A stretch of DNA of 64,000 nucleotides from Balanoglossus misakiensis (GCA_040954595.2 CM082586.2:11501337-11565336); one strand, 5' to 3'. Numbered from the stretch's first letter, positions 38,001 to 51,056 are shown. Numbers and translations: made by a program. Notes: generated from the sequence alone by a model not told the origin.

Positions 38001-39943
38001 CTGCTCTAGAGTGCCGGGGCGTCAGCTGAGCCAGGCCGTAGGAAACCCGACGTGATTACCGTTGTTAACTTACGCCAGTCTGTGTCCTATATATAGTGCC
38101 GGGGCATCAGCCGTGCCAGGCCGAAGGAAATGTGAGTAGATCAACGTGGTCTCTGTACGCGTGTTTCTGCTCTAGAGTGCCAGGGCTTTAGCCAAGCCAT
38201 GCCGTAGGAAATCTGACTTGATCAACGTTGCTAACGAACGCTAGTGTCTGTCATAGTGTGCCGGGGTTTTAGTCGAGCCAAGCCGTAGGAGATCAGACTT
38301 GATCAACGTGGTCTCTGTACGCGTGTTTCCGCTCTAAATTGCTGGGGCTTCAGCTAAACCAGGCCGTAGGAAATCTGACTTGATCACCGTTGCTAACGTA
38401 CGCTAGTGTCTGTCATATTGTGACGGAGATTTAGCCGAGCAAGGCTGCAGAAAAATCGACTTGTTCAACGTTACCAGTGTGCAACTGTTCCTGCTCTAGA
38501 GTGTCATGGTTTTAGCCGACTTATGCTGTAGGAAATCTGAGTTGATGAACGGGAATTCAATGTTAGAAAACCCGTGTGGAAAGTGTCTCTACCCGTTTAA
38601 AACTAAGAAAAGAATTTATTCTTATTTATTTTGTAAAAAAAAACAATTTTTCGAAAAAAAGTCGAAAATGGTAATTTTGTCTTGGGTGATTCACATTATA
38701 CCGCCTTTTCTGGAATTTGCAGCACTTTTTACAAGAGAACGACACTTCATGCTCCATAATATTTCCGAAAATGAAGAAGAGAATTAATTTTTTTAAGATT
38801 TTTTTAAAATTTACCATGTTTGTCAAAATATGGCCAAAATGGCTATTTTTTCTTGAATTCCGTCAATATCTATGCATATTTGGAGTGGTCGAAAGTTTTA
38901 ACATACAATCAACATGTCATATATGATCAGGGCACCAAATTCGAAGAACAAAGGTTTTTTTTATTTATTTTTTCTAAAAATGACATTTTCAAGGAAAACT
39001 TGGTAAAACGCAATTTTGTCTGCAGTGAGACAAATTAGACGGTCTTTTGTGGAATTTGTATCGATATATACATACGAAGAGCATTCTATACTCCATCAGA
39101 TTTCCGAAAATGTAGAAAACAGGTATTTTTTGTAATTTTCAAAAATTTACCATTTTGACCAAATTGTGGATAAAATTGTTATTTTCGTATTGAATGCCGC
39201 CAGTGTCACTGCTTTTAAAAGTCATAAAAACTTTTAACATACAAGCAATTGTTTATATATGATCAGGTCACCGAATTAAAAAAATAAAGAATGTTTTGCC
39301 TAAAAATGACCTTTTTGGTGCAAAAACGAATAAAACGCAATTTTGTATTAAATCAGAGTGCATTTTTTATAATCAGCACCATTTTTACATATAATGGAAA
39401 TTTCATACATCATCAGATATCCAAATAATTTAGATTTTAGATGATTGTCCAAAATTAGCTGATATCTAATAAATGTAGTATTGAACCGTTCTGTTCCCCC
39501 CCCCCCCTACATTATATGCGGTACGCCGATGTCAGCTTACCCGGCAGTACTGCAGGCCGTGCCCCCAACTAACGTCGTTGTTTGAAACGCCCTGGTCTAA
39601 TTCGGGCTTTCTCTATAAATTGACAAGCAATAATGCAGTCCTAACCGAACAAATGTCGAGTGTTGACCCGCTGTGACTTTCCCTCTTCGGTTTGCCCGAC
39701 TTAGCCAACGTCTTTGTACTAGAGTGTCGGGTCTTTTGCAGAGCCAGGCCGAAGGAAATCCGACTTGATCACCGTTGCTAACGAACGCTAGTGTCTGTCA
39801 TGGTGTGCTGGGGTTTTAGTCGAGCCAGGCCGTAGGAGATCTGACTTGATCAACGTGGTCTCTGTACGCGTGTTTCTGCTCTAGAGTGCCGGGGCTTTAT
39901 CCAAGCCGTGCCGTAGAAATTCTGACTTGATCACCGTTGCTAA
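35059..39943 (+). repeat. Macrosatellite array, segment 3
   Basis: Same unit; expanded 81-bp block at 35059-36490; anchors near 36524 and 38575; interrupted after CCGTTGCTAA by Gypsy B. Confidence 0.97.
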
Positions 39944-41319
39944 TGATACCATTGAATTTGCACCCCTCAGAGCATAGTGGAATGACCCCGCCTATATCGT
40001 ATATTTGATACATTTTTGATTACTGACTTTACCTGTTTATTGTGATTACGCAATTGAAGTAGTCCGCAGGTGTTGACTGTATTTCTTGTGAGGTATTCGA
40101 TTTCGAGTTATGATGTTTCTGTGTGAAAGCTCTTTTATTGTTATTGATCGAATATTTGCTACTGGAAAGTTGAATTTGTTCCGTCCAGGCAGTACCGCGT
40201 GTATTCAGTCAAAGGTTTGGCGGGTGTAATACGGCGATGAACTAGTGAGTAAAAAGGGAACTTTTTAATATGGCCGTTGTCCAATTGTATTGACGAGAGT
40301 GGAATCTCCACAAAAATTCGAACCATCGGCAGAATCGTACGGCGAAATTGCATCTTGAATGGGAATCGAGGAGAGCCGGATGTTAACTAACATTATTTGA
40401 GCTAGTCTTCGTGAGATCCCTACGTAAGAAGCATTTCATCTACTATTTCGAACGACAGGTCTGCTGTACCTGAACGAACCATTGTTATTGTCACGCTGAT
40501 TACTGAGACACCGATCGCCGAGATCCAACGATTACGGGTACTCGCGCAGGTTTCTCAACATCGATGCTTCACGAACTGAAAGCTGATGTAAGTACGATCT
40601 CATTAACGCTAATCATGTAAAATCGGACTGGATTTGATAAACTTACGGCCTTTCTAGGTTCTTCGAACCACGGCGTGTGGGGAATGCAATGAGCCGCATT
40701 GTTTGACCCCCAACGTCTACAAACTTTGAACAAATCATATACGAGCAGGAACACTCGACCCTACGATCGATTTGCCGATCACGGAACTGATCAGCGCTTC
40801 GTCATCAAGCTCCGCTTTACGCCTGGATACACTCGGAGCGTTTGCGACGAGCGAACTTTGAGATATTTGCATTGATTGTTAGAGGATTCTCTCCGTTGGA
40901 TTTTGGAAGCGGATCGACGCGACTGTTGAGTGCGGGACAGCGCCCTCATCGCCAGAACTCGATTGTGCGTCACGTTCGTTTATAAACTGTTGAACTTTGA
41001 CCGGACTCGCGGCAGGTTGTGCCACGCCAGTTTTCTTCAGGAAGGTGTTACTTGTTAATGAAACAGGTTTTGATAGAGCTCTTGTTACATCTCTGATGTT
41101 GATAGACTTACTATTAATTATACTTCTTTCATTGGATATAAAGTGTCTTTGTGTCATTTTGTCCACACCCCCTTCACTCGCCCTGTGTTCCCAAAGCTAC
41201 CGCAATCACCACGAATCCTACGACCCAACTCACATGAACGAAACTTGTTGATTACCCTTGTCGAGTTTGCTCACGCCCAGCTAGCCCATCGTTTTTATTG
41301 GAATTTTGCAAGGGTAACA
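39944..41319 (+). repeat. Gypsy B 5' LTR (1376 bp)
   Basis: TGATACC...GGGTAACA, followed by the PBS; repeated at 48405-49339 plus 57404-57845. Confidence 0.92.
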
Positions 41320-41321
41320 TC

Positions 41322-41343
41322 TGGCGCCTACCAACGTGGGGCT
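41322..41343 (+). promoter_or_regulatory. Primer binding site of Gypsy B, tRNA-Lys(CUU) type with a 3-nt insertion
   Basis: TGGCGCC-TAC-CAACGTGGGGCT versus canonical TGGCGCCCAACGTGGGGCT; identical at 57848. Confidence 0.75.
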
Positions 41344-41636
41344 GGATTGGAAAGTTTTCCCAGTAGAGTTTTGTCATTTTACTGTTTCTTACAAATTGAC
41401 AACAGGGAAGGACGACATTTTGATTCAGCCCATTGAGGTTTGGTTTTGCGGTCGAAAACACAGGACGAGCAGGGTTGGACGAGTGATACACTTATTGATC
41501 GAGCAGGAAATTAAGTACATGTGCCATTGCCTTTGATTTATGGAACACCGACCATTCATAGTTTCCAAACGCTTTCAATTTTTGTGAGTGTTATTGTAGA
41601 CTCGAGTTATCGACAGATTGCTCTCGAATTTGAAAT

Positions 41637-44600
41637 ATGGAGGACGCACAAGAAACTGTTGTTAGGGTGAAGAAAGAGGAAGATGGCGAGGTGAGTATGG
41701 CAGCGAAGGGGGGCCCTGAATCTGACCCAAGGGATAAAGAAAATGACACTACTGATGATATTAAAGGGGATAAGTCTGTTGAACATGGATCAATGACAAT
41801 GACACCCACTGGGGGAGGCAGCGTTTCTAAATTATCCCAGGGGACAATACCTAAACGGGGAGGTGGCCGAGGCGTATATTCTCCACTTAGGGGCCGATTG
41901 AGGAAACCGGCAGGTGTGCACCCGCAATCTTTGAAAGATTATAGTTTGACAGAAAGCGCGGCACAATTTGATGATGAGCGCGAACGGTTAGTCGAATTGG
42001 AAAGCGAGCTAAAATCTCTTCTTGAGCGTGAGCACAGACGCAATAGAGAAATCGAATCCGAGGTTTCGCCACAGCATAGTAGTAACAAAACCGAGGAACG
42101 TCATGAGTACGAGCCGACACATCGAACATTTGCCGAAGTGAATTATACAGCACCACGGGTACCGAACTTTACCGGCGACCATAAAGGCAAGGATAGTATG
42201 TCATATGAGTCCTGGTTGAGGGAGGTACAGAGTATGAGACAGAGTGGCGTTCATAGCGATCGCGTACTGCGACAGGCCGTTCGGAAATCCATACGTGGTG
42301 AAGCGAGTGAGATCATACTAGGTTTGGGAATCGACCCGTCCATTGAAAAGATGTTGAATAAACTAGAAACTGTGTATGGTGTAGTTGTGTCTACGGCTAC
42401 ATTGAAGCGGCAGTTGTACAATGATTTTCAGAAGGAAGGTGAGTCAGCAGCGTCATTTGCATGTCGCGTCGAGATAAACCTGAGACGTATATATGATCGC
42501 GGAGGTGTCCGCGAGAGCGAAATGGATTTGATTCTGCGTACTACCCTGTGGGAAGGACTGACAGACCTGCGAGTGAAAGACATCGCCAGGCATCGGTATG
42601 AAAATGCCAAGAATTTTGATGAGTTGCTACGGATCATCCGTGTTGCTGAACAAGAAGTACAGGGAGCGCATGGACGGAAAACTGGAGAGAAGTTGGAAGA
42701 TAGGCGAAAGAAGACAAGAGGACATAGAGCGGTGAAGCAACAGCAGGAAGTGTCTGAGTCGGATTCCGACAATGAAGAGCGTTCAAACAAAAAGAAACCA
42801 CGTGACCACGAAAGTGATGAAATGTATGTTAAAATGACTGCGATGTTGAAAGCGATGCAATTACAACAGGAACAGGTGAAGTTGGCTATGGAACAGCAAC
42901 GAAAGGAACATGCCGCTGGAATGGAAGAGATCCGGAATGCTCGTGCAACAATGATGGTCTCATCAAACGGCGTGTCTCGACCACGTGATGTTGCCGCACG
43001 GATTTCACAGGAACCAGACTCGAGACGAGGAACCCCAAATCAAAGTGACGAACGAAGTGGAAACAAGAGTGGAGAAAAGCCATTCACTTGCTACAACTGC
43101 AATGGGGAAGGTCACATGTCACGTGAGTGCAAGCAGCCATGTGGTAGATGTAAAGAAGAAGGACACACCTCTGCAAGTTGCCCAAAAAGAAAACGCGCAT
43201 CTGTGAAAGCCAAGAGCATGACGGGAAGACGACGATGTGAAAAGAACCCAAAGAGAAAAGGTAAGCCAAGATCCATTGATGGACGGATTGTTGGTCCATT
43301 GAATGAGCAGTACGCCTTTGTGAATGGAAGGAAATGTTTGGCTCAAGTGGACACAGGATCACAAGTTACCATGATCAGTGAAGACTACTATCGTCGATAC
43401 TTGTCCGATGTGCCATTCACTCCGTTGGATGAAGTTCTCGAGATCGCAGGTGTAACTGATGATGTTGTACAGTACGTTGGTGTGATAGAGGTTGAGGTTA
43501 GCTTCCCTAGTCACGTCTTCAATGATGATACCACTTTCATTCTATTGGCACTGGTAGTGAAAGGAACTGAGAACAATGATCGAGTGCCGGTGTTGGCGGG
43601 AACCAACTGGTTGAATCGTTACATGACGATGAAGATGTTGAACGATGGTGGTAGGACAATGAGCAGGATGAAGCCAGTAGCGAGAAGGGCTACTGCAACC
43701 CTACGCACTCGTGAACAGTTCTATGGACCATACGGAAACATGGGAGTAGTGCGAGCGGCAGTAAGCGAACGGGTGACACTGGAGCCACGTACTGCACATA
43801 CCATTCGAGGGAGCATGAAGGCTGGTCCCAAAGGAGAGAAACATGAAGTGCTGTTAGGTGATGCCTGTGACTGGAATGAACACAAAGGATGGACTCTGAA
43901 CCCTATGGTGACGATCGCTGAGTGTGGGAAACGCTCGTCAGCCGTGCCTGTGGTAATAAAAAATGAAACTGACAAACCCATCGTCATCAAGCCGAGACAG
44001 GTTGTTGCTACAGTGAAGGCGGTACGAGGAATAGAAGTGCAGCCGCGAAGGGACACCAAGGATAATGGAATTCACGACGAACCTTTGGAAGCGAGAGAGG
44101 TGACGGTTGGAGGATTGTCCTTTGATGTGACCGGTTCACCGGTTGACCAGGATCAGATGATAAAGATACAGGATGTTCTGGAACGTAACATTGGATCATT
44201 TTCGACCAGTGACGGCGACCTAGGAAGATGTACGATCCACAAACATGAGATCAACTTGAAAGATGAACGTCCAGTCAAACAACCGTATCGTCGGATTCCT
44301 CCAGCTTTATATGACGAGATCCGAGTGCAGATAGGAGGAATGTTGGACAATGGGGTGATACGACCATCAAAAAGTCCTTGGTCTTCTCCTCTCGTCCTTG
44401 TGGCAAAGAAAGACGGAACCACTCGTATATGTGTAGATTATAGACGTCTGAATGCGCAGACGACTCCTGACGCGTATGCTCTACCTCGTATTGAGGAGGG
44501 ACTGGATGTTTTGAGTGGCGCGAAATGGTTTACATCGATCGACTTAAAAAGTGGATTTTGGCAAATAGCTATGTCGGAGAAGGACATCCCAAAGACAGCG

Positions 44601-47600
44601 TTTGCCACCCCATTCGGTTTCTACGAATTTGTTGTAATGCCCTTCGGACTCATGAACGCCGGAGCTACATGTCAACGCGTCGTGGAACAATGTATAGGAG
44701 ATTACAACATGAGGATTTGCATGGTCTACATGGATGATGTGATTATCTTTTCTGAAACATTCGAGGAACATGTGGACCGAGTTGACAAGGTTCTCAAGCG
44801 ACTACGAGAATGTGACTTGAAGATAAAACATACCAAGTGTCAGCTTTTTCGCGAAAAGATAAAGTACTTGGGACATGTAGTGTCGTCAAATGGAGTTGAG
44901 ACCGACCCCGACAAGACGGAGGCATTGAGGACATGGCCAGTACCCACCAACGTGAAAGAGCTGAGGACATTCTTAGGATTTACGGGGTATTACCGTAGAT
45001 TCGTACAGGGATACTCATCGATTGCCCGACCATTGCACGCTTTGACCGTAGGTTACCCAACGAAGAGGAAAAATGGGGGAGAAAGGAAACGACCACCCCC
45101 ATACCAGTGGACAGATGCGTGCCAGGAAGCCTTCGAGCTGATCATTGACAAGCTGACTTCAGCTCCGGTTTTGGCCTACGCCGACTATACGCGACCGTTT
45201 GAGCTTCACACAGACGCGAGCTTGACAGGACTAGGTGCTGCCTTATACCAGTCAATCGAAGAGGCAGATGGACGAGAAAGACTTCGACCAGTTGCGTATG
45301 CCAGCCGGAGCCTCACTGCCAGTGAGAAGAACTACCCGGCCCACAAGCTGGAATTTCTGGCTTTGAAATGGTCTGTTACGGAAAAGTTTCGTGATTACTG
45401 CTTTGGCAATGATGTCACGGTATTGACCGACAATAATCCACTGACATACGTAGCAAGTACAGCGAAACTTGATGCGACAGGACAGAGGTGGTGGAATGCT
45501 TTATCTCAGTATAAATTGAAGATTCACTACCGACCCGGCCTAAGGAATGGTGATGCGGACGGGCTCTCGCGACGACCCGATGGCAGGGCTCAAGGATTTG
45601 ATGAGTCTGAGAGACGTTTCCAGGAAACTGTAGCGATGACTCCTGATGAGGTGCAGGCAGTGGGGGAGCCATGTTTGTCTGATGGAGATGAAGATACACC
45701 ATGGATTGAAGCCTTAGCTGCCTCAGCACGAGCGATACCAAAGGACATGGATGAACCTCCGGGGATGCCAGGAGAAGCAACATTACCTACGATTGCGATG
45801 GACCAATGGGCGAAGTTACAGGACAGGGATGTGACCGTACGGCGCATACGAGCCTTGGTTCACGCGAAGACTGGGGGTAAAGGTAAACTGACAAGGACAC
45901 AGCGAGCACAGGAACCGCAAGAAGTCAGAATGGCACTGAGAGATTGGAGTAAATTCTGTTTCCGCGATGATGTTTTGTATAGAGCGAGGACATCATCTAG
46001 TGGAGAGGTCTACTACCAATTGGTGCTACCACACGAGTTTCGCCAGGAGGCAATGAAAGGGGTGCACGACGACTGTGGACACCTGGGACAGGATCGAGCG
46101 ATTGATTTATTGAGGGCTAGGTTTTATTGGCCTCTTATGTCAGCTGATATGAAGAAATACATTCGTACATGCAGGAGATGTACTCGAAGGAAGGACGAGG
46201 CGGGATTAAAGACACGTGCTCCGATGGTGAGTATTGAAACTTCACAGCCCCTCGAACTTCTATGCATGGATTTCTTGAGCCTTGAAGAGAGTAAAGGAGG
46301 GACCAAAGACCTGTTGGTAATTACTGATCACTTCTCGAAGTTTGCTGTAGCCATACCTACACCGAACCAGACCGCGAAAACGACAGCCAAGAACCTATGG
46401 GAACACTTCATGCTACCATATGGATGTCCGGAACGAATCCTGTCTGATCGTGGTCGGAATTTTGAGTCGCGAGTGATACAGGAATTGTGCCAGTTACTAG
46501 ACATCAAAAAGTCACGTACCACGCTCAGGCTGAAAGATTCAACTGTACTCTCCTTAATATGTTGGGTACGCTCGAGAACGAGCAGAAGGCTAGATGGAAG
46601 GATTATGTGAAGCCGTTGGTACATGCGTACAACTGCACTGTTCATGACACGACGGGTTTTACACCTTACCACTTGTTGTTCGGAAGACGTGCGAAGATAG
46701 CACTGGATGTGCGATTCGGAACGTCACCAGAAAGCAGGGATCCTACGACGCCGACAAAGTATATCGCCGACTTGAGATCCAGGATGGACAAAGTATTTCA
46801 GATTGCGAAACGAGCTGCAGAGAAGTCAGCCCAAGTGAGTAAAGAGCGCTATGACCAGAAAGTTAGAGAGGTGGTGCTTAAAGAAGGTGATCGAGTGTTA
46901 CGCAGGAACGTGAGTATACGAGGTCAACACAAGATCGCCGATCGGTGGGAGGAAAGTCCATATGTTGTGGTGAGAAGGCTGAGTCCTGATTTGCCAGTAT
47001 ATGTTATACGTTCAACGAAAACCTCGAAGACACAGACGGTCCACAGGAATTTGCTGAAACCTTGCTGTGATCGACCGCTGTTGAGTTATACAGAAGACGA
47101 AATGAGTGAACGCTCTCAGGATAGGGCCATTCCTGAGAGTACGGAGTCGGAACGAAGTTCATCCTCACAGAGTGAACGAGGCTATGTGCTCAATCCTGAA
47201 TCGCGACCCTTTAGGCCTGGGAGAGTTAGACCTGTGCGCTTAGAAGGTACAACTGAAGTTACCCTTAATTCTATGGACAGAAGCGACAACGATGCATGTG
47301 TGAGCGTGGAGCAAGATTCTCCTGAACCGAGCATGATGGATATGAGCGATTCTTCAGGGCAGGTGCAAAGCCCTGATGATCCTGTAACAGGCTTGCGTGC
47401 AGATAGTATGGACGTATCGTCTGCTGGGAAGTCCGATGGAATTGCTGACAGAGCAGAAGTGACACATCAAAATATTCCTCTGAGTGATGTAGGTGTGAAT
47501 ATCACTGATGCGTCGATTAGTAGTGGAAATGTAGGAACTAGGAAAGAGACTATGGGGAAGGAGCAACCAGTGGGAAGTGACTTAGCTGATACCCATGGTG

Positions 47601-47911
47601 ATTGTTCTGACGCTGACGAGGAGTCGTCTATTGCCGAGGAAGGAGGAAGTGTGGTCCGACCTATGCGTCGATCAACGAGAACTCGAAGACCACCCAAGTA
47701 CTATGGATGGTGCTCACGATTGGTCAAACGTGACAAAGGTGGTAGAAGCACTTTGAGGAATTCTAGTATTGGGAAGAGGCCATCTTTTGATTTACCGAGG
47801 ATTGATCATGAGGATGAAGTTTCTCATGGAAGACTGACCTCGTCGAATAGCAGAAACCACGACATAACCATGAAAATACTCGAAATGATGGCCAGTGGAA
47901 TATACATGTAA
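41637..47911 (+). pseudogene. Gypsy B copy 1 single-ORF Gag-Pol; integrase frameshifted by a 22-bp deletion
   Basis: 1657-aa ORF with PNMA-like capsid (FTG..SYESW..AVRKSIRGEA), two CCHC knuckles, VDTGS, YMDD, LHTDAS, HHCC and integrase core; continues in ORF 46487-47911. The deletion at ~46524 is evident against copy 2. Confidence 0.93.
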
Positions 47912-48394
47912 GTATAGGGAATGTGGATGTAGGGGTGTACGCTGGATTCACATTAGCTATTCTTGACTGTATCTGATACGTGCTTAATGCCAGGTAAGTA
48001 AGGGTGCGGTTCGAAGGTTGCTTTGTGTACCTTTGCAGATTTGCTATTTAGATTAGCCGCGTCATAGGGTCCTGCGCCTCCTGCGTTGCCCAGCGAACTC
48101 TGCGCGCTTACATTTTTCTGATTACTCTTTCAGGTTCACTGATCGAGACTCTGCCTACCCTACTGCAACAGGATTGTGTAGCTTGTTTCATCGAAAGTGC
48201 ATCTGAGGATGACTCGAGTCACTCGTTTTACAGGCACGATGCCTATGCCGACGAGAATGTTTCGATATTGAGTCTCGTTGATGTAGTGTTTGTATTTACG
48301 CTCATGTTCTGTGTTTCATTGTCGAACGAAGGCAAACTTATTGAGCTTGTTTTTTGTCGGGAAGTAAGCATAGTAAATCGTCCCTATGCTGACT

Positions 48395-48404
48395 TGGGGC
48401 AGTG
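48395..48404 (+). promoter_or_regulatory. Short polypurine tract of Gypsy B, preceded by a hairpin
   Basis: TGGGGCAGTG directly before the LTR; inverted repeat AGCATAG...CTATGCT at 48367-48390. Confidence 0.55.
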
Positions 48405-49339
48405 TGATACCATTGAATTTGCACCCCTCAGAGCATAGTGGAATGACCCCGCCTATATCGTATATTTGATACATTTTTGATTACTGACTTTACCTGTTTA
48501 TTGTGATTACGCAATTGAAGTAGTCCGCAGGTGTTGACTGTATTTCTTGTGAGGTATTCGATTTCGAGTTATGATGTTTCTGTATGAAAGCTCTTTTATT
48601 GTTATTGATCGAATATTTGCTACTGGAAAGTTGAATTTGTTCCGTCCAGGCAGTACCGCGTGTATTCATTCAAAGGTTTGGCGGGTGTAATACGGCGATG
48701 AACTAGTGAGTAAAAAGGGAACTTTTTAATATGGCCGTTGTCCGATTGTATTGACGAGAGTGGAATCTCCACAAAAATCCGAACCATCGGCAGAATCGTA
48801 CGGCGAAATTGCATCTTGAATGGGAATCGAGGAGAGCCGGATGTTAACTAACATTATTTGAGCTAGTCTTCGTGAGATCCCTACGTAAGAAGCATTTCAT
48901 CGACTATTTCGAACGACAGGTCTGCTGTACCTGAACGAACCATTGTTATTGTCACGCTGATTACTGAGACACCGATCGCCGAGATCCAACGATTACGGGT
49001 ACTCGCGCAGGTTTCTCAACGTCGATGCTTCACGAACTGAAAGCTGATGTAAGTACGATCTCATTAACGCTAATCATGTAAAATCGGACTGGATTTGATA
49101 AACTTACGGCCTTTCTAGGTTCTTCGAACCACGGCGTGTGGGGAATGCAATGAGCCGCATTGTTTGACCCCCAACGTCTACAAACTTTGAACGAATCATA
49201 TACGAGCAGGAACACTCGACCCTACGATCGATTTGCCGATCACGGAACTGATCAGCGCTTCGTCATCAAGCTCCGCTTTACGCCTGGATACACTCGGAGC
49301 GTTTGCGACGAGCGAACTTTGAGATATTTGCATTGATTG

Positions 49340-49970
49340 TGTAACGGCCTTGTTGATCCATTGAATTTGTATACATGTATATCTGTATGTATGTTATACC
49401 TGTATCTTATAGTAATTAGTTATTCAATTATTCATATGACGTAATAGTACTTACCTTCAATTGGTTGATCTTAATTATATGCAAACCACCTGGAAGTTTC
49501 ATTTGACCAATGAACACAAGCTAATCTGGCACTATGATGTAATTGCTGATATAAAAGGACATGGTGCATAAAATTGGTCAGTTCACCTCTGTAGCCAGAC
49601 CGGCCACACACGTTGGAACTGTTCCATTTCAGGTTAGTTTCCTTGTACCTTACCTGTTGCTTGAAGCTTTGTATTTTGGTGCATTCTACCGACTCATTTC
49701 AGCACAAGTAATTGGTGTCTTTAACTTGCGTCAATTTTCCAATTGTATGTCTATATTTTTCACTTGCATGAATTTTGGTGTATTCTGTTGGAGGTGAACT
49801 CCCATACATGTGTGTAATTTAGCAGTTCACCTCTGTAGCCAGACCGGCCACACACGTTGGAACTGACATGTATTTGTTCCATTTCAGTTATTAAATGTAA
49901 GGCCTATGTCTTTGTTACCCGTAACCTGTTTGGTGTGAATATGTTGGAATGAACGGCGACAACCGTGACA
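49340..49970 (+). repeat. Gypsy C 5' LTR (631 bp)
   Basis: TGTAACGG...CCGTGACA; matches 56758-57399 apart from an 11-bp deletion (ACATGTATTTG). Confidence 0.95.
49550..49583 (+). promoter_or_regulatory. Pol II core promoter in the Gypsy C LTR (TATA plus initiator)
   Basis: TATAAAA at 49550-49556 and TCAGTT at 49578-49583, with the +1 A 30 bp from the TATA; CCAAT at 49507. Confidence 0.65.
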
Positions 49971-49972
49971 AA

Positions 49973-49991
49973 TGGCGTAGTCGGCAGGATT
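49973..49991 (+). promoter_or_regulatory. Primer binding site of Gypsy C, tRNA-Ser type
   Basis: TGGCGTAGTCGGCAGGATT matches the complement of the metazoan tRNA-Ser(AGA) 3' end. Confidence 0.88.
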
Positions 49992-51056
49992 TGGCAATTC
50001 CTACGCAAGTTCTTTTTTCGGGACGGAGAGAGGATGATACTGACAAGTGCCATGTTTTAACTGGTCAGAAGTGTCTGGACAACGGACAACGCCCAACCAG
50101 GTGTGTCTTTCGCTGAGCTGGACGTCCTTGGGGAGCCACCCGGACTGCAGACAGACGGGAGCCAGGTCCAAGCGTCAACGGCGAGGAAAATTCTCTGCAG
50201 AGTGCCAAGTGGTGAAGTCGCTGAACTGTTACCGGCCGGAACTGTTTAGTGTGAAGTGTTCATCGCGGTATACAAGGTATTGTGTGTCCAGAACTTGACA
50301 GTGTTATTCCGTGCGAACTATAGACAGTGCGCATAAATTCCGTCCGTGGCGCATAGTTTCCATCTGTGATAACTTCGGACTTGAACTTGTGGACTGGGTA
50401 TTTTATTGCAAACGAACTTTCTGGTTATTCGCTGTAGAACCTGGTGTAACGTAATGTTTGTAAATTTTTCTTAGAAATCTCAATATTGTCTATATAATGC
50501 AATGTGGTCAAAGTAGTTTTGACTTTGATTTAATTGTTGAAGTGGGCTCCATGTGGATATAAACCCATGTTTTGTTGCCTTTAGCCTGCTTAAAAAAAAA
50601 AAAAAAAAAAAAAAATTATTTTCTTTCAACAGTATATTTTGGTTAAGTGCTGAAGTATAAATTTTCTTTGTAAATTTCAGTTCATTATTTTCCAAACGAC
50701 GTGAAAAAAAAAAAATTGTCAGCACTTGTTGAAAAAAAAAAATATTAAGTTATAAGTTAAATATTGTATATTGACTTGAGTTAGTTTATTATTGTATTAG
50801 TTATTTAGTTGTTTCATTATTATTGAGACTGTCCATGAATGGTCGTATTCATCCAAATCATACATTAGTCTCTATAGAACCTTTGGCAGTGTCTGTAAGC
50901 TATTCTATGCTTATTTCATTCCCTGTTAACGTATGTGCTATGCCAGTAGATACTGATATTATTGTTAAGATTTTCCAGTGAAATAGCTTGCATTGCATCG
51001 TATTTAACGACACGTCAGAGTCCTCCCAAATTGCCTCTCATTTTCTGGGGAAAAGA

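Noticed and set aside
2525-39038. Recurrent 60-90 aa ORFs in the satellite (MESISTRLK..., MSKYGQN..., MNRSVPPP...)
   Set aside because: Mostly non-ATG starts, frames change with homopolymer length between units, no recognisable domain; they recur only because the DNA repeats.
984-39943. rDNA intergenic spacer interpretation (81-bp enhancer-like repeats, TATATAG)
   Set aside because: No 18S, 5.8S or 28S sequence anywhere in the window.
40159-41536. Short ORFs in the Gypsy B LTR and leader, and antisense ORFs over gag/pol of all elements
   Set aside because: No motifs, length as expected by chance, repeated only because of LTR or element duplication; no env or accessory gene supported.
48186-48230. 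GAAA...CTGAGGA-TGACTCGAGTCA as a hammerhead in the Gypsy B 3' UTR
   Set aside because: No GAAA after the stem, and too few bases to form stems I and III in the permuted arrangement.
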